Assembly: GCA_913051185.1 (NCBI GenBank)
Contig: CAJXBM010000003.1
Location: 121 to 64,120 of the forward strand
Source of the DNA: an uncultured Chloroflexota bacterium
GTDB taxonomy: Bacteria; Chloroflexota; Dehalococcoidia; UBA2979
Direction of reading: 5' to 3'
DNA: 64,000 nt
The position numbers and the translations under genes were made by a program. Each line of letters begins with the position of its first letter. Within the stretch, counting starts at the first letter, position 1. This document shows, in pieces, positions 20,624 through 28,034 of this stretch. The notes under the pieces are model-generated. The model was not told where the DNA came from and ran no database searches. It saw only the letters and a program-made list of their open reading frames with translations.

Positions 20624-20759
20624 TATTATTCCCTCCACATTAGTTATTTTCCCGAAGTATAGCTAAACATGAGGACATAGGCGAAGCAATTGACTAGAAT
20701 TCCAGTATGTTTACTTGAAGCAAAACGAATAAATCTGTGGATCAGAGGAGATACTTCGT

Positions 20760-23174
20760 ATGCGAGTTTTAGAGATAAGTAACTCCGAGGGCGCTGCGGC
20801 ATTCGCTGGTAAATTATTTCATCGCTGGGGTGCCGAAGTCATTCGAATTGAGTCACATGAAAGAGTAAAGGCTACTCTCCACGGAGATATCTATGTGAAC
20901 GGTGGAAAATCTCGAATAGCGATAGATTTTGCAAACTCGCAAAATCTTGAGGAGCTTAGCACTATTGCAGAGACCAGTGACATCATCCTATCTGATCTGT
21001 CCCCGAGAGAAATTGATGATTTTGGTTTATCTGGAATAGGTGGAGATCGGACACGAGCAAGAATTTTCATCACGCCATTTGGGCGCAGCGGTCCTTATAA
21101 AGATTTCAAGGCGACCTCAGCGACCTTAAATGCACTCGGGGGATCTACATGGCTCTCGGGAGATCCAGAACGCGAGCCTTTGACACTTCCGGGTCAGTAT
21201 TGCTATTACCAGGCAGGCAGTCTTGCATATGTACATGCAATGTCACAGTGGTTGTATGCGAGTAATCTCATCACGGTCGACATATCAGTCCTAGAGACTC
21301 TTGTTTCATTGCATCAATTCACCGACGTGATGTGGATTTTTGAAAAAATAGTTAGAACGAGGCATGGCAATCGATTTCAGACACTCTGTCCTACCACGTT
21401 ACTTCCTGCAAGTGATGGTTGGGTTGGAATGAATATCTTGCCCAATTTTTGGGCGCCTTTTGCTTTATGGATTGGTGGATCAGACTTAGCCGATCGCGAG
21501 GATATTTTTCTTAATTCCGACAGAATGGCTCGAGAGGATGAAATTGAGGACCTGATTCGAGAATTTTTGCGTGATAAAAAGGTACGGGATATTTTGAAAG
21601 ATGGGCAGGAGACATGGCGAGTTCCGATTGGAATAACCGTACCGTTAGACCAAATTTTTGATGATATGCAATTGGTTTCACGAGGATATTTCAAAGAAAT
21701 TAAGGGTGACACACGTGGCTTATTGACACCGGGATCACCTTATACGATTTCTGGTGTGATACCGAGACCCGAGTTACTGCCCGATCCTTCGGGCGCTATA
21801 CAGATTCAGGACCTAAAGACGAATTCTGCAGATCTACCTCAGTCGGGGAGTAATTCAACCGATCGGCCGTTAGATGGATTGAAGATTGCAGATATGACTC
21901 GTATCTGGTCAGGACCGCTTTGCTCGAGGTTGTTGGGGGATCTTGGTGCTGACGTACTGAAAATCGAGGCGCCGATGGGACGGGGTCCCAGCTCGGCTCC
22001 TGCAATGTTTAGTGGCCTTAAAGAGGGGGAAAGTTTTGAGCAACTTTGGAATCGACATGGTTTGAATAACAAACTGAATAGGAATAAACGATCTGTTTCT
22101 CTTGATTTAAAGTCTGAAGCAGGTCGGGAGATATTCTTAAAAATTGTCGCCGAAAGCGATGTCCTCATTGAAAACTTCAGCGTTAGAGCCATGCCGTCGC
22201 TAGGTTTGGATTATGAAACGTTACACCAAGTGAATCCAAGATTGATATACATCGCGATGCCAGCCCTAGGCCGTGAAGGACCTTACAAGGACTATGTAGG
22301 ATTGGGTCCTAGTATTGAACCTCTCTCGGGTTTACCGGAAATAATGGGATATAGCCATGAGGAACCACGAGTGACCTCTCAGGCTATAACAGATGCGGCA
22401 GCCGGAATAACTGCGGCAACTTCTGTTCTCGCAGCCTTGAAGCATAGAAGGGATACGGGCGAAGGGAGTCTTGTTGATCTTTCTCAATCAGAGGCGATGG
22501 GTTGCTATATTGGAGAGTTTTATTTGCAAACTCAAATCGAAGGTTCTCCTCCTGGTCAACATGGGAACGATAATTTGGATTTCGCGTTTCAGGGTGTGTT
22601 TAAGTGTCAAGCGCTGCAGACAAATAAATTTAATAGTCAAAAGGCATCGTCAGAGCGACTTTCGGATCAACCAACCACGAGTAATCGTGATGATGAATGG
22701 ATCGCGATTTCATGTCAGACAGAGGATGAGTGGTTGATTTTTGCAGAGTTTGCGGGTGAGTCATGGCAATTAGATCCATTATTTTCTGACGTAGTAACAC
22801 GTCGGGTGAATAGGCAAATTCTGGTCGAAAGAATAAACGAGTGGACCGGTAAGTATGACAAGAATGAACTGATGATGCTTCTGCAAGATGCTGGTGTTCC
22901 AGCGGGGGCAGTTTTGTCGGCACCAGAATACCTTCAAGATCCACATCTAGTGGAAGAGGAGTATTTCTCGTATACGGAGTGGTCGACTGGAGAGAAACCT
23001 CAAAGTGATGGTTTACCCGTTAAATATGATGGCACACGGAGATATTCCTGGTGGTCTGGACCTCCCGCTTTGGGAGGTGCCAATGAGGAGGTGCTTGAAA
23101 AGCTAGGATATTCGGAACGTGAGATATCGGAGTTATATGCTCAAGGAGTAATTGTTAATCGACCACCGGAGTAA
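20760..23174 (+). CDS. Tandem (two-domain) family III CoA-transferase (CaiB/BaiF-type) fusion
   Basis: 804 aa, roughly twice the usual 400 aa. The C-terminal half has classic motifs (LDGLKIADMTRIWSGP, NRNKRSVSLDLKS, ITDAAAGITAATSVLAAL). The N-terminal half is a diverged copy (MRVLEISNSEGAAAFAGKLF, GGKSRIAIDFAN). Confidence 0.8.
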   Translation: MRVLEISNSEGAAAFAGKLFHRWGAEVIRIESHERVKATLHGDIYVNGGKSRIAIDFANSQNLEELSTIAETSDIILSDLSPREIDDFGLSGIGGDRTRARIFITPFGRSGPYKDFKATSATLNALGGSTWLSGDPEREPLTLPGQYCYYQAGSLAYVHAMSQWLYASNLITVDISVLETLVSLHQFTDVMWIFEKIVRTRHGNRFQTLCPTTLLPASDGWVGMNILPNFWAPFALWIGGSDLADREDIFLNSDRMAREDEIEDLIREFLRDKKVRDILKDGQETWRVPIGITVPLDQIFDDMQLVSRGYFKEIKGDTRGLLTPGSPYTISGVIPRPELLPDPSGAIQIQDLKTNSADLPQSGSNSTDRPLDGLKIADMTRIWSGPLCSRLLGDLGADVLKIEAPMGRGPSSAPAMFSGLKEGESFEQLWNRHGLNNKLNRNKRSVSLDLKSEAGREIFLKIVAESDVLIENFSVRAMPSLGLDYETLHQVNPRLIYIAMPALGREGPYKDYVGLGPSIEPLSGLPEIMGYSHEEPRVTSQAITDAAAGITAATSVLAALKHRRDTGEGSLVDLSQSEAMGCYIGEFYLQTQIEGSPPGQHGNDNLDFAFQGVFKCQALQTNKFNSQKASSERLSDQPTTSNRDDEWIAISCQTEDEWLIFAEFAGESWQLDPLFSDVVTRRVNRQILVERINEWTGKYDKNELMMLLQDAGVPAGAVLSAPEYLQDPHLVEEEYFSYTEWSTGEKPQSDGLPVKYDGTRRYSWWSGPPALGGANEEVLEKLGYSEREISELYAQGVIVNRPPE

Positions 23175-23226
23175 ATAACGTTTACTTAGTACTTTTAATT
23201 CGATCAAGCTTTTGATCTCTATGGTG

Positions 23227-23254
23227 TTGGGCGCTTGAGACAGTCTAGTAGAAT
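23227..23254 (+). promoter_or_regulatory. Candidate promoter for nurA-herA, possibly giving a leaderless transcript
   Basis: TTGGGC, then 16 nt, then TAGAAT. The -10-like hexamer ends 6 nt before the nurA ATG (23261). No Shine-Dalgarno sequence is present in the 20 nt upstream. Confidence 0.25.
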
Positions 23255-23260
23255 AACCGC

Positions 23261-24235
23261 ATGGAACCTGATCTTTCGGATTTGAGTTTATCTATTGCCT
23301 CTTGGGATCCTGCATATGGATCTGCTGTAGACTTTCGCGAATTAGACCAATCGGATCAACAAATTATTGATGACTCAGTCGAGATGAACTCTCTCGATTG
23401 GAAGCCTTTGTATGGTGATATAGCAGCCGCGCCACAGAACATATTATTTGTGGATGGTATTCAACGTGTTGAGGCGAGGCTTGAAATCTATCCGGCGAAT
23501 TTTGTGGTACCGCAATCGGCGTTATGGGCCGCTATCGGTGCCGGAGCAGTCCGTTGGAATCGAAAAGAGCATGCGTCAGAATTTATGAATCTCACTCATA
23601 GACGGGTAGTTATCCTTCCAAAAGGTATCGATATTAGCCATATTGACCGCTTAAGAAAGGCAGACATCCATTTTGATATTTGTCACGCTGGGGGCAGTGA
23701 ATTTTCTGATCTTCAAAACGAAGTACACGTGCAAATGGCGCGACTGGAATATGAAATTGTTCGCGCGATAGCTGATTTTTCGAGCAACGTGGTGATAGCT
23801 GACGGTCGGGTTAGACCTAAGCATCCGCCAGGCACGTTGGGTTACGTGAAAAGCCATGAACGGAGCTATCTGAGTGGGAGACCGGCCGAGACTGTTCCAA
23901 ATTTAGATATTGAGCAACGGACTCCTTTATTTCTGATTGATGGACAATATCCTCGTTATTCTTGGTATATCAGAGTTGGATATGTACCTAGGGGGAATAA
24001 GTGGCAAGGCATTGCGCGACTCGAAGTATCAGCGGAAATTGATGCGAAGCGAGCAGCAGAACTTGCTAATATTTCAGCGATCGCCATCCCGATTGCAGCG
24101 CCGCCACTCTATATGGATCCACGTGCACCACAAAATCTAGTACCCATAGCAGCGTTGGAGAGAGAGCTAAGGAGAGGTCTAGGCAATCCAGAATTATTGA
24201 ATAGAAAACTTAAGGTTGCATTGCATGAAGCGTGA
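23261..24235 (+). CDS. nurA: NurA-like nuclease (partner of HerA)
   Basis: 324 aa. NurA-like motif series by eye: LFVDGIQRVE, VVIADGRV, GYVKSHERSY and a C-terminal PQNLVPIAALERELRR. The stop is 9 nt before the HerA-type ATPase start. The call leans on that gene pairing. Confidence 0.55.
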   Translation: MEPDLSDLSLSIASWDPAYGSAVDFRELDQSDQQIIDDSVEMNSLDWKPLYGDIAAAPQNILFVDGIQRVEARLEIYPANFVVPQSALWAAIGAGAVRWNRKEHASEFMNLTHRRVVILPKGIDISHIDRLRKADIHFDICHAGGSEFSDLQNEVHVQMARLEYEIVRAIADFSSNVVIADGRVRPKHPPGTLGYVKSHERSYLSGRPAETVPNLDIEQRTPLFLIDGQYPRYSWYIRVGYVPRGNKWQGIARLEVSAEIDAKRAAELANISAIAIPIAAPPLYMDPRAPQNLVPIAALERELRRGLGNPELLNRKLKVALHEA

Positions 24236-24244
24236 GGTGATTTC

Positions 24245-26101
24245 ATGAATCAAAGGTCAGAAGCACTAGAGCGTGTTGGACGAATCGTAGGAGATGCTCG
24301 GACTAATACCCGAGAATTCAGGATAATTCTGGATGACACTTCATATCTCGCGGTGGATGATTTAGTTGTCGTAATTTCGAACATCCCGGGCTTAACTGAG
24401 CCACTTGGAACTTATGGAGTGGTGATTGAGAGCGAGTCGACTTATGAAGGCGTCACTTATGAGACAGATGTACGTCGAATTGCGGATTCAGGAGTATTGC
24501 CTGCAGAATTGATTCGAACTGCAACAGTCGCGATCACAAGAATGATTCCTGAAATCTGGACTGCCCCACTGGCCGGACAGATAGTCCATCGTGCAACAGG
24601 AGTGGAGCGAGATTTAGCCTTGTATGTGGATGATATGGGAAGAAAAATGCCTGTTGGCTTAGCTCCAGATGGGTCTCCTATATTTTTAGACCTTGACTTC
24701 TTCGATGGTACGAAGGGGGGGCACATGTCGATTAGTGGCGTGTCAGGTGTCGCAACCAAGACCACCTATGCTTTCTTTTTCATCCGGATGCTGACCGGTG
24801 CTAGGCACCTGAGAGAGAGCACTGAAAATTATGATGTGGTTGGTGACTCACTCCACAACACGCGAGTTCTCGTATTCAACGTAAAGGGACAGGATTTATT
24901 GTGGTTGGATACACACAATGCAGACTTCACAAATATCGATGAGGAGGGGTGGACCACTTTGGGAATTGCACCAACTCCTTTTCAATTGGTGACCCGAGAC
25001 GTTTCGATATCGGATTTGCAACCAGGAATTCCTACAGTCTCATTTTGGTCACCACCTCAGGAAGGTGCTCCCGACGATCTCGTACTTCCGCAAGCCGATC
25101 GAACTGGTGTATCCCCATTTTATTGGACACCACGTGAATTCATTGACTCGGGTTTGTTGTCATATGTCTTTACGGATGCTTCGGATTCTCGCAATCAGCT
25201 TCAGTTCTTACTAGAGCGGATTCAATCGCAGCTGCAACGTTGGGCTGTTGATTTAGTCGATGCGACCGGTGCCGTTGTACTACGGCACCCTAGCGAGCAA
25301 GAGTTTGCCGAAGGAAGGCGAGTTGCCGTTGCACCTCGATCAGGCGAGATTACGGTCAATTCACTTGAGACTCTTAAGGACGCTATTAGATACTTCATTG
25401 ATCCTGATGAGATTGAGCCTCATCCCGATTGGGTAGGTAGTATTGAGCGCGGCACGATATTAGCTTTCATAAGGAGACTAGAGGCGGCTTCTCGAATCAA
25501 CCGGCTTGGTCAATTAGTTCGAGCTGGTGCCAAGATGAGCGTGGATAGAGACCTCGCAACGGTTACGGTGGTCGATATTCATTCATTGCATGAGCTTGCT
25601 CAGCGATTTGTAGTTGGAGCTCTACTGAAGGAAACGTTTGAAGAGAAAGAGGAAACAGGCTCGCGAACACCACTCTCAGTTGTGGTATTAGACGAGATGA
25701 ATAAATATGCACCAATACAGGGTGACAGTCCAATTAAGGACATGTTGATTGATATCGCTCAGCGGGGACGCTCTTTGGGTGTGTTATTGATTGGAGCTCA
25801 GCAGAGCGCATCCAGGGTTGCTCCGGATGTTTTGGAGAATGCGTCTATTAGAATTACAGGCCGGCTCGATTCTGCAGAATCTGAGCGTAGCCAATATGGT
25901 TGGATGCTTCCTTCTACGCGCGCGCGCGCCAAACTTTTGAAACCAGGCACGATGGTACTTGGACAACCTGCAGTTCCATTACCAGTTGTACTTAAATTCC
26001 CTCGGACTCCCTGGGCGACTAGGGCAGAAGAGCGGTTAATATCTCCAAGCGAGGACTTATTTTCAGGATTAGATTCATCACTGTCTGAGGACATCGAGTA
26101 G
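24245..26101 (+). CDS. herA: HerA-type (FtsK/HerA superfamily) hexameric ATPase/translocase
   Basis: 618 aa. HAS-barrel-like N-terminus (VGRIVGDARTNTREFRIILDD...VDDLVVV), P-loop-like ISGVSGVATKTT, Walker B LSVVVLDEMNKY, then IAQRGRSLGVLLIGAQQSASRV. GAGGTGA Shine-Dalgarno upstream. Confidence 0.8.
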   Translation: MNQRSEALERVGRIVGDARTNTREFRIILDDTSYLAVDDLVVVISNIPGLTEPLGTYGVVIESESTYEGVTYETDVRRIADSGVLPAELIRTATVAITRMIPEIWTAPLAGQIVHRATGVERDLALYVDDMGRKMPVGLAPDGSPIFLDLDFFDGTKGGHMSISGVSGVATKTTYAFFFIRMLTGARHLRESTENYDVVGDSLHNTRVLVFNVKGQDLLWLDTHNADFTNIDEEGWTTLGIAPTPFQLVTRDVSISDLQPGIPTVSFWSPPQEGAPDDLVLPQADRTGVSPFYWTPREFIDSGLLSYVFTDASDSRNQLQFLLERIQSQLQRWAVDLVDATGAVVLRHPSEQEFAEGRRVAVAPRSGEITVNSLETLKDAIRYFIDPDEIEPHPDWVGSIERGTILAFIRRLEAASRINRLGQLVRAGAKMSVDRDLATVTVVDIHSLHELAQRFVVGALLKETFEEKEETGSRTPLSVVVLDEMNKYAPIQGDSPIKDMLIDIAQRGRSLGVLLIGAQQSASRVAPDVLENASIRITGRLDSAESERSQYGWMLPSTRARAKLLKPGTMVLGQPAVPLPVVLKFPRTPWATRAEERLISPSEDLFSGLDSSLSEDIE

Positions 26102-26110
26102 TGACGCTTT

Positions 26111-27886
26111 TTAGTCTAGGCTCTGAGGCGGACCGCCTTCACTCGGCTCCAAATATATATCTATATCATCCAAGAATGCTTCGATCGGATCTTCATTCTT
26201 AGCTAGATCCCCGTTGCCTTGCACTTTGATATCCATCGACTCTGCGTATCTTTTATAGAGTTCTAAGGAGTCGCCATATTTTTGATGACCAGCAGTATGT
26301 CGCGCACTAGCCATCAACAATTCACCGCCGAAGCTTGAAGTCGTGCGCGTATAATCTTCCAACATGCAAAGACCGATTTCTTGATTATGGGGGTCGTTGC
26401 CTTGCTTAACCGCGCCCATCGCCAGAATTTTTACCAGTGACTCACGTTCGTATCCGGCAGCAAGATAAGCCTCAACGTAGGCCACGCTTGCGTCCTGATC
26501 TAAGGCCATCATAGATTCATCAATTTTTTTAAGCATTTGTCGAGGAGACAGTTGGTCAGTTCCGTCCGGAGCTTGAAACGAGCGAGCCTGGAGCGTTTTG
26601 CTAAACCGAGATGTATGATGAGTTTTGTAATTATAGTCAGGCATATCACGAATTAAGCGAGCACATTGATTTACGAAATTAGCGGCGATATAAAGTAATT
26701 TCGTTTTATGTGGATGTTCAAATGTTCTAAAAAACCATGCGAGCGTGTTCGTATATTCGTACCCATGCTGTGGCATGCTGTAGGCGGGCGGGTCTGCTAT
26801 CGCTAAGATGACTCGTGCCGAGGCGATTTGGATAGCATCCAAGATTGCCGAAGGTGAGCGGCCAGCTTTAAGTAGCATGGTGATCGCCTCAAAATAGGCA
26901 GCCTCCTCTTCACGAAGAACCATTCGAATAAGCGATTCTTCTTCTATTTCCGTCAAGGGTTGCGTCTGCCGAAAATATGCCTGATCGGTATCAGTTGCTT
27001 CGGTTGCTGCTAGTGAGGATGTAGGCGCTTCCTCTTCTAGCTGATTTATCATTATCTGGCAGGCGGCCTCGTAAGCAGAGTACCATCTGGGTCCAACAGC
27101 TAAATCCGGTACCGTTGCGTAGATTACATGGTGAGCATTATCCCAGCCTATTCTGTTTCCTAACTCCACAGCAGCTCGTGCTCGGAAGCTTTTATGACCA
27201 GTCGTGAATGATCTGTTGTACATCATTCGATCCTGAACATCTATTAATCCAGCAAATACTGTATTTGCTAAGAGGTTTTTTCGGTTACCTGTATCTTCCC
27301 AAAGACCTAGCCATTGGCGATAAGACCCTGAGACATCTCCCCGTTCAACTAACTGTAGCCAGTCACTCACCCCATTATCGAAAGTCCCATCGATTAGATT
27401 GGGTTGTTCATCTTTCCAATGAACCTCTGGGTTCAGAGGGCCCTCGGGGTATTTCGATGCGTCATAGACGCGCCGTGAATAATGACCGGGCATACGACCT
27501 TTTAGCTGATTCCAGATGTCTAGACCTGTGGGCACATACCAGATCGTTTGGGCAAGGGGAAGAAATTCAAATTGTTTTGGCATGTAATTTTCTAGACGAA
27601 GCGTTGCCCCACCTGATAGTAAGCAGTGATCGTTGTTCACAAATCTGACGATACCTTGATCGATTTTTTGATGATACGGAACGTGGGTAAATGGTGCATG
27701 TGTCCGAACTGTCTCTGACAGTATTTCTACTTTAGATCGACCTTGCTTTAGCAGTTCATACATAGTGTTGGTTGCGGAGATCTGATCACGATCAATAATA
27801 TTCTCACGAAGCTGCTCGTAAGATCGTCGAGCATTTTTGTCATTAATATCATTTGAGATGGGTTCAAGTTCTGCGGGAGCAACCAT
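26111..27886 (-). CDS. Hypothetical protein, no recognisable family (His-rich, internally repeated helical protein)
   Basis: Uninterrupted 591-aa ORF with an ATG start and AAGGA 8 nt upstream. I recognise no motif. The confidence value refers to it being a real CDS, not to any function. Confidence 0.8.
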   Translation of the reverse strand: MVAPAELEPISNDINDKNARRSYEQLRENIIDRDQISATNTMYELLKQGRSKVEILSETVRTHAPFTHVPYHQKIDQGIVRFVNNDHCLLSGGATLRLENYMPKQFEFLPLAQTIWYVPTGLDIWNQLKGRMPGHYSRRVYDASKYPEGPLNPEVHWKDEQPNLIDGTFDNGVSDWLQLVERGDVSGSYRQWLGLWEDTGNRKNLLANTVFAGLIDVQDRMMYNRSFTTGHKSFRARAAVELGNRIGWDNAHHVIYATVPDLAVGPRWYSAYEAACQIMINQLEEEAPTSSLAATEATDTDQAYFRQTQPLTEIEEESLIRMVLREEEAAYFEAITMLLKAGRSPSAILDAIQIASARVILAIADPPAYSMPQHGYEYTNTLAWFFRTFEHPHKTKLLYIAANFVNQCARLIRDMPDYNYKTHHTSRFSKTLQARSFQAPDGTDQLSPRQMLKKIDESMMALDQDASVAYVEAYLAAGYERESLVKILAMGAVKQGNDPHNQEIGLCMLEDYTRTTSSFGGELLMASARHTAGHQKYGDSLELYKRYAESMDIKVQGNGDLAKNEDPIEAFLDDIDIYLEPSEGGPPQSLD

Positions 27887-27915
27887 TTTGTTAATCCTTG
27901 CTTAGTTCAGGGCAT

Positions 27916-27942
27916 ACTTGTTACTGGGTTATGTTAACAAGT
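27916..27942. promoter_or_regulatory. Operator-like inverted repeat ACTTGTTA-N11-TAACAAGT in the divergent orphan/sbcD control region
   Basis: Perfect 8-bp arms at 27916-27923 and 27935-27942 inside the 148-bp region between the divergent starts at 27886 (-) and 28035 (+). Confidence 0.35.
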
Positions 27943-28034
27943 TTTTTATAAAATTTGAAGGCTTTACAAAGTGAATTTCGGCTCCAGAGCGAGTGATTAA
28001 CCAGATTATACTTTTTGAGATAGAGTGATAGGTA

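Noticed and set aside
23202-23217. Hairpin GATCAA-GCTT-TTGATC after the CoA-transferase gene, considered as a possible terminator isolating nurA-herA.
   Set aside because: It has only 6 AT-rich base pairs and no following U-tract, so it is not convincing as an intrinsic terminator.
27208-27648. 146-aa + strand ORF inside the orphan gene. I considered it as an alternative coding interpretation because the orphan has no homology support.
   Set aside because: The minus-strand frame stays open for 591 codons and has a properly spaced AAGGA Shine-Dalgarno sequence and an internal repeat structure. The + ORF is much shorter and has no start context.
23175-28034. Searched the nurA upstream region (23175-23260) and the orphan/sbcD control region (27887-28034) for a LexA/Cheo box (GAAC-N4-GTTC).
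   Set aside because: No match in either region, so I cannot claim SOS control of the repair locus.
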